This document shows positions 8,865 to 15,893 of a stretch of DNA of 64,000 nucleotides, piece after piece (within the stretch, counting starts at the first letter, position 1; every line of letters begins with the position of its first letter). Made by a program: the position numbers and the translations under genes. Below the pieces are notes generated by a model. The model made no database searches. It had not been told where the DNA came from and was given only the letters and a program-made list of their open reading frames with translations. Origin of the DNA: a virus. Location of the stretch: the IMG/VR virus record IMGVR_UViG_3300022074_000004; one strand, given 5' to 3'.

Positions 8865-9281
8865 ATGGCAGCGAGACTGCGAGAATATAAGTGGGTTACA
8901 TCACTCGATCTGAGCGACTTCCCACTTTCATTCATGAGCAAACCAACCTGCAACTGGCATTTAACTCTCAACGAAAAGGGAGAAAGAGAAACAGTTTTAG
9001 AATTTAAGAGAAAGAAATATCAAAAAAGAAAAGATAGAGATGCCATATATTTTGTTGTACGAAGATATTTTAAGGAGAGTGAGAAAACTGGATATAATCG
9101 TATTGCCATCGAGACAGTTTTTATACACTATGATCGTGATCAGATCATCAATTTTATTAGAGGTCAAGACATTTCTACGGGCAAATATGTTGAGACTACA
9201 CAAGCGACAAAGCTACTAAATTTATATCAGGGATCTATGGTTCCTGACGGCAATGGTGGTTACGAAGAGGTGAAAGCGTGA
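8865..9281 (+). CDS. hypothetical protein (start probably internal MSKPT)
   Basis: 138-aa ORF, GTGA-coupled to the next ORF. Confidence 0.7.
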   Translation: MAARLREYKWVTSLDLSDFPLSFMSKPTCNWHLTLNEKGERETVLEFKRKKYQKRKDRDAIYFVVRRYFKESEKTGYNRIAIETVFIHYDRDQIINFIRGQDISTGKYVETTQATKLLNLYQGSMVPDGNGGYEEVKA

Positions 9282-9691
9282 TGACAGATCCAAAACAAGA
9301 ACGAAAAGTTTTGAACGATGTGCAGAAACTTGTCTGGAAAATTAACCAGACATGGGAAGATCAAGCTGTGGATAGTTGCTTCTCATTTCTCACCATCGAG
9401 GGAACAGATTCGCATTATCAAAAACGGTCAAAGTATCTGAAAATATGCAAAAAACAAGTCATAAATGGCAGAATGGGATTTGGCAGTATCACTTTTATGT
9501 TTATCAATAAGTTTAATGGTGAGGTGCATAAACCAGTATCAACGTCATCACCAACTCGCGATGTTCGTTACGAACTAAAAGAACTTGTAAAGAATCCAAA
9601 GACCATAGATCCTGAGGGCAATTTTTTGAGAATGTCATTTATACTAAAGGACGAGATAACAAATAGGGATCTCAACAAACTCATTCGTTAA
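9278..9691 (+). CDS. hypothetical protein, probable paralog of 7579..8022
   Basis: KYLKI...FMFINKFNGEVHKPVS motif. Confidence 0.75.
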   Translation: MMTDPKQERKVLNDVQKLVWKINQTWEDQAVDSCFSFLTIEGTDSHYQKRSKYLKICKKQVINGRMGFGSITFMFINKFNGEVHKPVSTSSPTRDVRYELKELVKNPKTIDPEGNFLRMSFILKDEITNRDLNKLIR

Positions 9692-9696
9692 TCATT

Positions 9697-9900
9697 ATGC
9701 AATTCCGTGTCACCAAAATCAACTTCGACTTTGAAGATGATAACTTTGAGATGTCTCCGATTGACCAACAACAAGTGATTAAGGAAACACTAGCTACAAC
9801 ATGGGAAGCGTGTGATGACGATGATCTCATCGAAGAAATTACATCAGTAACAGGTTGGTGTATCAATTCTATTGAATTTGTAAACTTCTCCGCTAATTAA
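9697..9900 (+). CDS. acidic hypothetical protein
   Basis: WEACDDDDLIEEITSVTGWCI. Confidence 0.75.
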   Translation: MQFRVTKINFDFEDDNFEMSPIDQQQVIKETLATTWEACDDDDLIEEITSVTGWCINSIEFVNFSAN

Positions 9901-9905
9901 ACAAG

Positions 9906-10010
9906 ATGACTTTCGAGGAATTGAAACTACTGATTCTACTGTTGTCACCGGCAATGCTCATGTCGGTATTATTACTGATAACGTTTGCTGCCGAGACCTA
10001 TGACAGCTGA
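9906..10010 (+). CDS. 34-aa single-helix membrane peptide (absent from ORF track)
   Basis: MTFEELKLLILLLSPAMLMSVLLLITFAAETYDS*. Confidence 0.6.
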   Translation: MTFEELKLLILLLSPAMLMSVLLLITFAAETYDS

Positions 10011-10056
10011 CAAAGTGGCACGGTTCAGCTCACAGATTTAAGAGCTGGATTATTAT
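10001..10056 (+). promoter_or_regulatory. palindrome-type promoter
   Basis: TGACAGCT-GACA-AAGTGGCA, then 30 nt to TATTAT. Confidence 0.7.
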
Positions 10057-10086
10057 GTCTTTATTCAACCAACCCCATTTATCATC

Positions 10087-10512
10087 ATGGGCACCAGAGC
10101 ACGCATTGCGTTCACTGATCGCAGCGCCAAAGTTTTCACATCTGCTTATCACCACTGGGATGGTTATCCCACCTGGCTTGGTGTTAAGCTGCAAGAACAT
10201 TACGGCAACCGAACTAGAGCCACAAAACTGGTCGCAGGGGGCGACATGTCATCATGTTGGACAAATAAAAGATGGCAAAAAAATGGTTGTGACATCGAAG
10301 TTCATGATTATGGCCCACAGTATTATGCAGATCGGGGAGAAAAGGCAGACGCTGAGATTTGTTTGGGGATGAACAAATTGCTTGAATTGTGTGAACAAGA
10401 TGGTGTAGAGTATTTGTATGTTTACAAGCCTTATTCTGGGTGGAAGTGTTACAACACCAGGCAATATGATAAAAACTATGGTCAAATTGAACCTCTCCCC
10501 ACTGTGTCATGA
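10087..10512 (+). CDS. conserved phage hypothetical protein
   Basis: MGTRARI...YHHWDGYP...EYLYVY pattern. Confidence 0.85.
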   Translation: MGTRARIAFTDRSAKVFTSAYHHWDGYPTWLGVKLQEHYGNRTRATKLVAGGDMSSCWTNKRWQKNGCDIEVHDYGPQYYADRGEKADAEICLGMNKLLELCEQDGVEYLYVYKPYSGWKCYNTRQYDKNYGQIEPLPTVS

Positions 10513-10805
10513 TTGCAATCAGGAATCCCAACACTTATCAAGCCTTGAAGAGTTTAATTGTCCTTTATTATGAGGCTAGTAATGAATATGAACAGTTAAA
10601 TAGTTTGTCTACTCAATTATTAACTGTCAAAAAATTTTCAATTACTGAGTTTTCAAAAGTTTTAAGGGAGAAAGACAATAAACATCGACAAGTTATTCAA
10701 CACTTGTGCAATCTCACATTGCATCCAAGTTTTATTGAATTGACAGCACACGAACAGAATCAAATTCTCGATTTGTTCAATCAACCAGTACATCAACCAA
10801 CCTAA
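10509..10805 (+). CDS. hypothetical protein
   Basis: 98-aa coupled ORF. Confidence 0.65.
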   Translation: MIAIRNPNTYQALKSLIVLYYEASNEYEQLNSLSTQLLTVKKFSITEFSKVLREKDNKHRQVIQHLCNLTLHPSFIELTAHEQNQILDLFNQPVHQPT

Positions 10806-10806
10806 A

Positions 10807-11046
10807 ATGAAAACATTTATTCTTCTCTCATCACTGCTGTTTGCTGCCAACCCAGCATCTGCACATCTCCTCCGCCATCATCACCATCATCACTATCCTA
10901 AAATTAAAACACATAAACATTATCATACTCACTACAAAACTGGCGTAACCCACTTCCACAAGCACAAGCACGGTGGTGGTCATGGTCATCATGGAACAAA
11001 ATCTCGCCACAGTGTTCCAACTTGGTTGCACATTCATTTTCACTAA
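10807..11046 (+). CDS. secreted histidine-rich protein
   Basis: signal peptide MKTFILLSSLLFAANPASA; 22 His in the remaining 60 aa. Confidence 0.75.
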   Translation: MKTFILLSSLLFAANPASAHLLRHHHHHHYPKIKTHKHYHTHYKTGVTHFHKHKHGGGHGHHGTKSRHSVPTWLHIHFH

Positions 11047-11054
11047 AATATAAA

Positions 11055-11210
11055 ATGGATCATCTTGAAATGCTGTCTAAACGTGAACAACTCATGGAGG
11101 ACATTGATTGCATCATCGAATCAAATTTTGGTGAGGTTGAGTATAAGGACGATGTAATTCGCCAACTCTGTGGTGCTGTCTGCAAAAACTTTCCCACTCC
11201 TACTAACTGA
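11055..11210 (+). CDS. hypothetical protein
   Basis: MDHLEMLSKREQLMEDIDCII...LCGAVCKNFP within ORF 11022..11210. Confidence 0.7.
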   Translation: MDHLEMLSKREQLMEDIDCIIESNFGEVEYKDDVIRQLCGAVCKNFPTPTN

Positions 11211-11215
11211 AACTC

Positions 11216-11365
11216 ATGGAATTTAAGGTCACTCTCACTCACAAGGACAACTCCGACCAATACAAGTTTTTGGTCGTTGAAGATTGTAAAGACAGAGATG
11301 AATTGATTGACCACATTTGGGAGACCGAACCAGATTGGGCCATTCATGCTATTGATCTAGTATGA
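11216..11365 (+). CDS. 49-aa hypothetical protein (absent from ORF track)
   Basis: MEFKVTLTHK...HAIDLV*; fills the gap. Confidence 0.6.
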   Translation: MEFKVTLTHKDNSDQYKFLVVEDCKDRDELIDHIWETEPDWAIHAIDLV

Positions 11366-11367
11366 GT

Positions 11368-11425
11368 GGACAGTTGATTAAAGTGTCCTCTTACAGGTCC
11401 CAGGGTCACGATCTCTGATTATTAT
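11368..11425 (+). promoter_or_regulatory. palindrome-type promoter
   Basis: GGACAGTT-GATTA-AAGTGTCC (5-nt spacer variant), then 31 nt to TATTAT. Confidence 0.75.
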
Positions 11426-11448
11426 TCAGTTGTTCAGCCATTTCACTT

Positions 11449-11706
11449 ATGCAACTTCTAAACGAACGCAACAATGTTGTTGTTGATTTTTATCCATTAA
11501 AGGATTGGAACAACAACACGATCGAAAACAAAATGTTGAAAGTTGTCACCTTGAATGGTAAAACTTTCTTGAAAAGAATCGTGGATGAAGAGCGGTACGA
11601 TGGTGAAGTCATCAACCGTAAACGCAAATTTGGTTTTATTCAAACTGACATGCACATTGCACGCCAGTATTACTCTGAGCATCTGAGCACATTCATTCTC
11701 AACTGA
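11449..11706 (+). CDS. hypothetical protein
   Basis: 85-aa ORF after the promoter. Confidence 0.75.
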   Translation: MQLLNERNNVVVDFYPLKDWNNNTIENKMLKVVTLNGKTFLKRIVDEERYDGEVINRKRKFGFIQTDMHIARQYYSEHLSTFILN

Positions 11707-11728
11707 AAACTTTTCATTTAACAAAATC

Positions 11729-11896
11729 ATGGCTACCTACAAAGTTCATTGTTCCCAACTCGGTGAGACAGAGTATCACACATCTGAAGAACGTGCTGTT
11801 GATGTATGTTTCAGTATGCACAATGAAAGTGGCGGATATGCTTATGTTGAAGACTTTTATGGTCATAAAATCTACGAGTATGGTGAATTAAAATAA
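11729..11896 (+). CDS. 55-aa hypothetical protein (absent from ORF track)
   Basis: MATYKVHCSQLGE...YEYGELK*. Confidence 0.65.
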   Translation: MATYKVHCSQLGETEYHTSEERAVDVCFSMHNESGGYAYVEDFYGHKIYEYGELK

Positions 11897-11935
11897 ACTA
11901 TTGTCATCTTCACCTTCACCTTCGCGGACATTATC

Positions 11936-12361
11936 ATGCCAAACTGGTGTCACAACAGAGTTGTAATCTCTCACATGGAAGCTCAGCCAATTAAAGAGTT
12001 GGCTGACATTTTCCAAAAAGATCAGCCATTTGCTACACTTGTCCCTCAACCTGATTGGGAGAATACGCCAAACGATAAAGGAGAATTGCCTGTTGTTAGT
12101 GATCTGGGCTTAGAATTTGATGGTAAACAAGATTTGCGCTGGTATGATTGGCGGCTTGATAATTGGGGATGCAAGTGGGATTTGAATGAGGGAGATGTTA
12201 CGGTGAAGTTATCAGAAGATAAAACTATTTTGCAGATGTGGTTTGAAACTCCGTGGGGGCCACCGGATAAGATTAAAGAACACATTGATAACATGAATGA
12301 TGGTTTCGAGATCGAGTGGCACTGGGATGAGCCAGGGATGGGATCAGCAGGTTATCTTTAA
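11936..12361 (+). CDS. DUF1281/YubB ferredoxin-like fold protein
   Basis: MPNWC-N, WYDWRLDNWGCKWD, FETPWGPP, WDEPG motifs. Confidence 0.8.
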   Translation: MPNWCHNRVVISHMEAQPIKELADIFQKDQPFATLVPQPDWENTPNDKGELPVVSDLGLEFDGKQDLRWYDWRLDNWGCKWDLNEGDVTVKLSEDKTILQMWFETPWGPPDKIKEHIDNMNDGFEIEWHWDEPGMGSAGYL

Positions 12362-12394
12362 CTTTAATCTTTTTCATTCATTCATTTCAATTCA

Positions 12395-12583
12395 ATGGCA
12401 CACGCTACAGCACTTAAAATCAACAAAAAATCTTTTTCAAATGGAGAAGATTATCACGTTGGAATGAAAGGATTAGATTTAATGATTACACATATGCCAG
12501 GGTGGACAATAAAAACAGAAATCGTCTCGGACGAGCATGGACACCTGGGCCTGCATGTATGGCACGAGAAGATCCAATCCTGA
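12395..12583 (+). CDS. hypothetical protein
   Basis: 62-aa ORF. Confidence 0.65.
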   Translation: MAHATALKINKKSFSNGEDYHVGMKGLDLMITHMPGWTIKTEIVSDEHGHLGLHVWHEKIQS

Positions 12584-12628
12584 AACTGTCCTAGCAGAGG
12601 TCGCAGGGTCGTGACCTGAGCTTAAATT
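12572..12628 (+). promoter_or_regulatory. palindrome-type promoter
   Basis: ATCCAATC-CTGA-AACTGTCC, then 31 nt to TAAATT. Confidence 0.7.
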
Positions 12629-12652
12629 GGGTTCAATCAACACCGGAAACCA

Positions 12653-13102
12653 ATGCCGACACCAATCAGCACCATGAGCCGTCGCCAGTTCGACGAATAC
12701 AACATTTGGATCGATAAGCTGGATCATATTTGGCACATTTCAAGAGAGGATTATAGGCAGTTGGCTATCATCAACAACGCCCTCATCAGTTGGACTGAGA
12801 GAGAAGTCAATGGTGAGATTTATCGTGATGAAGATACCAATAAATGTTATCGACGTGTTCGTGATTCAAAAACTGGTAAAATCATTGGAGAGTATCGTAT
12901 CAACGATCGTGAAACTGGTTTATATAAAAAAGCAACTGCTATTGCTAATCGTAACCAGGGTTGGATTTATTTTCAGGGAGATTGTCGTGGTTGCATGATT
13001 TACTTTTATCGGACAGCAATGTGTGGTGGCCCTTATGTTATCGGTCCTGATGATAACATTGCTAGCTGCTATTCTACACAAGCACTTGCTTGTCACTTCT
13101 AA
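12653..13102 (+). CDS. hypothetical protein
   Basis: 149 aa; YFQGDCRGC motif. Confidence 0.8.
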   Translation: MPTPISTMSRRQFDEYNIWIDKLDHIWHISREDYRQLAIINNALISWTEREVNGEIYRDEDTNKCYRRVRDSKTGKIIGEYRINDRETGLYKKATAIANRNQGWIYFQGDCRGCMIYFYRTAMCGGPYVIGPDDNIASCYSTQALACHF

Positions 13103-13122
13103 ACTTTTAAGGAATTAAAATT

Positions 13123-13407
13123 ATGAATTACACACTCAAAGAACTTCAGCAACGTGTCAACAAAATGATCGAACAACAGGGGGAAGATGCACATTGTGCT
13201 GCCTGGATTTACACAAAGGAAGATTGTCATTTGAAGGATGAAAATGGTGAGGTTGATTATGATAATGTTGTAGAAGATCCTGATGTTGTTGAGCGTATCT
13301 TCGATGATGTTGGCAACATTGATCACATTTACACTGTAATTCAAGAGTGTGTAGATGAAGTTACAGAAGAGCAAGTTAAGTTACAGCAACAGGAGGCAAA
13401 GTCATGA
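13123..13407 (+). CDS. acidic hypothetical protein
   Basis: AAGGA RBS; 94 aa. Confidence 0.8.
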   Translation: MNYTLKELQQRVNKMIEQQGEDAHCAAWIYTKEDCHLKDENGEVDYDNVVEDPDVVERIFDDVGNIDHIYTVIQECVDEVTEEQVKLQQQEAKS

Positions 13408-13619
13408 CACAAGTTACAACAACTGAAACTCGAATTGCAATCTACGAGGTGCGAAATGTCTTCGGTGAAGATAAGGCGTACCCAGTCAATGATGTTGCCG
13501 AGGCTTTCTGTGATCTGACAAATACAAAAACATTATTGTCTCGTCATAAAAGTGTGATCGAAAGTCTTGGTTATACAGTGAAGTTTGTTTCACCATCAAT
13601 CGAAAACTTTAACTGTTGA
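13404..13619 (+). CDS. hypothetical protein
   Basis: GGAGG RBS, ATGA coupling; VFGEDKAYPV...LTNTKTL. Confidence 0.8.
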   Translation: MTQVTTTETRIAIYEVRNVFGEDKAYPVNDVAEAFCDLTNTKTLLSRHKSVIESLGYTVKFVSPSIENFNC

Positions 13620-13628
13620 GAATCTGAT

Positions 13629-13696
13629 AGCCAATTCTGAGACTGTCTACTCTCAGGGTTGAAAGGCTTGCAGGGTCATCATCCCAGAGCTAGCAT
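13629..13696 (+). promoter_or_regulatory. palindrome-type promoter (one helical turn longer)
   Basis: AGCCAATT-CTGA-GACTGTCT, then 42 nt to TAGCAT. Confidence 0.55.
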
Positions 13697-13701
13697 TAGA
13701 G

Positions 13702-13806
13702 TATAACACACACAGAGAGGTTGATCACCTATGACTGGGTCTCCCCCGAAGACCCACCACACACACGGAAGAGTATTAGGAGAGGCTTGAGAACCTCTCC
13801 TTTTTT
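13702..13806 (+). ncRNA. candidate ~105-nt small RNA (or 19-aa peptide transcript)
   Basis: own promoter, two hairpins, two ACACAC tracts, strong terminator. Confidence 0.5.
13778..13806 (+). terminator. rho-independent terminator
   Basis: AGGAGAGG-CTTGAGAA-CCTCTCCT + T-run. Confidence 0.9.
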
Positions 13807-14297
13807 ATGTCATCTTCATTGATTCTTTACCTGTTAATGTTTTCACCTTCACTAGCATCATCTTCACTCTCATTGTCATCTTCATTATCATCATTTTGAG
13901 CATTATTGCCTACAAAATAGCATAAAAACACATTAAAAATACATTTATAAATATACTTTCGTTTTTTATTCAAATGCACTCCCGATACGCCCAGCAGTGC
14001 CTCCAGAGCATCTCAACAGCATCTAAAACACTAAATCATACTCTATATGTGTCATCTTCACAATCATCATCACATATACACATACATATGTCATCTTCGC
14101 TATCATCATCATATTCATAATTTTTATCTTTATCTTTATACCTGTGGAATGCAGCTGTGGAATTGTGGAATAAATCTTTTATCATAAACTTTTTCTCTCA
14201 ATAGTATATGATTGTAAATTTTATGATTTATATTTTATTAGAAAAACATTTGATTTTTATTTCTCATAAACGTTTCATAATGCTCTGATAATGCTCC
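13807..14297. other. long non-coding AT-rich tract, candidate origin region
   Basis: no ORF of 60 aa or more on either strand; G-poor + strand; GTCATCTTC copies; TGTGGAAT x3. Confidence 0.45.
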
Positions 14298-14321
14298 GGG
14301 GTCTTGTGATCTTAGCCTGCG

Positions 14322-14350
14322 AGCTTAGCACCGACCGCCCGTTTTGTCAA
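14322..14350 (-). promoter_or_regulatory. leftward sigma70 promoter inside an inverted repeat
   Basis: minus strand TTGACA-17-TAAGCT; flanked by GGGGTCTTG/CAAGACCCC. Confidence 0.6.
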
Positions 14351-14448
14351 GACCCCCGCCATAAAAATTCACAAGGTCTCGGTTTTCAAACAATCCGCAT
14401 ACCTCCGAGTTTTATGGTATAATAAGCAAAAAAACACTATAAGGCAGT

Positions 14449-14491
14449 GGACGGTTTATGAAGTGGTACAGTGCCAGTTTTTTATGTGTCT
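14449..14491. promoter_or_regulatory. tandem palindrome pair 1
   Basis: GGACGGTT-TATG-AAGTGGTA-cag-TGCCAGTT-TTTT-ATGTGTCT. Confidence 0.7.
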
Positions 14492-14584
14492 TTGTAACAA
14501 TGTAAAGATTCATAAAATGGTAGTGAGTGACACAGCGCCACGGGCCACGGTGGGCTAGAGTAAGAATAGAGCCTTATGAGGGGT

Positions 14585-14627
14585 GGACAGTTTATGAAGT
14601 GGCACTGTGACACTTTGAGAACTGGCT
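14585..14627. promoter_or_regulatory. tandem palindrome pair 2
   Basis: GGACAGTT-TATG-AAGTGGCA-ctg-TGACACTT-TGAG-AACTGGCT. Confidence 0.8.
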
Positions 14628-14651
14628 GATTGTTACAGTTTGATATAATTA

Positions 14652-14717
14652 TTTTATGGCAGGAGTAGTGGCGATTATTGTTGTCATCGAGGTTACCCCA
14701 CCTCTCGTTTGATTTGA
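14652..14717. ncRNA. structured element E1 (functional strand unresolved)
   Basis: ungapped homology to E2 and E3 with covarying hairpins. Confidence 0.6.
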
Positions 14718-14721
14718 TCAT

Positions 14722-14815
14722 AGTATAGCAGCTCTCAGGGGTCTCTCAGGGCATCCGTGGACACTTATTGGACTGGCACAATAGAGGTAGCGGTGCCGCG
14801 ATCTGAGGTTATTCT
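14722..14815. promoter_or_regulatory. divergent promoter pair sharing one palindrome
   Basis: GGACACTT-ATTG-GACTGGCA (14759-14778) with TATACT on - and TATTCT on +, each exactly 31 nt away. Confidence 0.75.
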
Positions 14816-14838
14816 TTTATCAGTAACGTTCTTCCCCC

Positions 14839-15045
14839 ATGAGCTACGAAGTGTTTCACCGGACTTGGTGGCGGCGCAATGATGAGTGGCCTGATGGCCG
14901 GGAGCCCGGTTGCGGCCGTGCTTACCACATCGGCTGGGCTGCTGACGAAGCCGAAGCCAGTGCTATGTGTAAGGAGTGGAACAGCAAGCATAAGCCCGGG
15001 CTGTTTTCTGACAGAGCAGAGTACAGCGAGGGCCGGTTCACATAA
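14839..15045 (+). CDS. hypothetical protein
   Basis: YEVFHRTWW...WPDGREP; follows the promoter. Confidence 0.75.
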   Translation: MSYEVFHRTWWRRNDEWPDGREPGCGRAYHIGWAADEAEASAMCKEWNSKHKPGLFSDRAEYSEGRFT

Positions 15046-15084
15046 GCACTAAACTTTAACAGTATTTTTTTCCCCTTTTAAGTT

Positions 15085-15348
15085 ATGAACACTGAAACGT
15101 ATGACCTGCCCGCTCACTGGGCAAGCTATCTTATCAACGGCGATGCAACGTCATTCAGCCTGAATGATGATGGCGGAGACGCTGAGATCGCATTGATTGA
15201 TGAGGTTATGTCGAACATTGACCAGAAAGGAAACGCCATCATTGATGTTGATGCAGAAGAAAGTTTCTTCAAAAAGTATCACGATGCTCACATGTATGGC
15301 GTAATGGCTGGTACTTGCCTAACGTATAAGCTGACGTGGATTGACTGA
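15085..15348 (+). CDS. acidic hypothetical protein
   Basis: LPAHWASYLINGD motif. Confidence 0.8.
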   Translation: MNTETYDLPAHWASYLINGDATSFSLNDDGGDAEIALIDEVMSNIDQKGNAIIDVDAEESFFKKYHDAHMYGVMAGTCLTYKLTWID

Positions 15349-15412
15349 TCATAAACTTTAACGTTATTCTTTTTACCTTCCGCATCATAAGTCACCTTGG
15401 CGGTCATCATCG

Positions 15413-15469
15413 GGCCACCTGACACACTGGCACAACAGAGCTTGTGACCTTGAGAGCTGCGGCTATTCT
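15413..15469 (+). promoter_or_regulatory. palindrome-type promoter
   Basis: GGCCACCT-GACA-CACTGGCA, then 31 nt to TATTCT. Confidence 0.7.
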
Positions 15470-15500
15470 TTAGTTGTCAACGTTTTTCCCCTTCTGAGCC

Positions 15501-15749
15501 ATGACCACCACCGTCGTCAAGCACTGCTTCTATAAGGTCGAGATTGACACTAAAGACTCTGTGATCCCCATCATCTACTTTCGTAAGGTGAGACGCTGTA
15601 CCACTGCTAAGGGCATGGATCGTCAGCACAATCGCATCGTTAACGAGACTGTGGAGGCATGGCGTCCTTTTGACCGTCAGATCACGCGCTACACTGTTTC
15701 TCGTGTGCCAGCTGACGTAGTGGTCAAGGGTGAGATCCGCAACGCCTGA
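15501..15749 (+). CDS. basic hypothetical protein
   Basis: 82-aa ORF after the promoter. Confidence 0.75.
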   Translation: MTTTVVKHCFYKVEIDTKDSVIPIIYFRKVRRCTTAKGMDRQHNRIVNETVEAWRPFDRQITRYTVSRVPADVVVKGEIRNA

Positions 15750-15814
15750 TCGGCTCCCACTATGCTAGGATATGGTCAGTCAAAGGGGGCACCGCCTATG
15801 GCCTGATTCGCTAC

Positions 15815-15877
15815 AACCTAACGAGAGGCGATGTAGCCTCGCAGACGACAAAGGTCGCCACTGCCCCTGTAACAAAA
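15815..15877. ncRNA. structured element E2 (inverted relative to E1 and E3)
   Basis: reverse complement matches E1 at 46/63 positions ungapped. Confidence 0.6.
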
Positions 15878-15893
15878 TATAATTATGTAACAT

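Noticed and set aside
8832-8892. Additional palindrome-type promoters near 8832, 2672 and 16058
   Set aside because: Half-sites are too degenerate or the spacing does not fit well enough to list with confidence
14482-14721. 79-aa minus-strand ORF
   Set aside because: Runs through E1 and the palindrome pairs, its ATG abuts the -10 box upstream of the predicted TSS, and E2/E3 do not preserve a frame
14493-15892. NtcA boxes at the TGTWACA sites
   Set aside because: None completes GTA-N8-TAC
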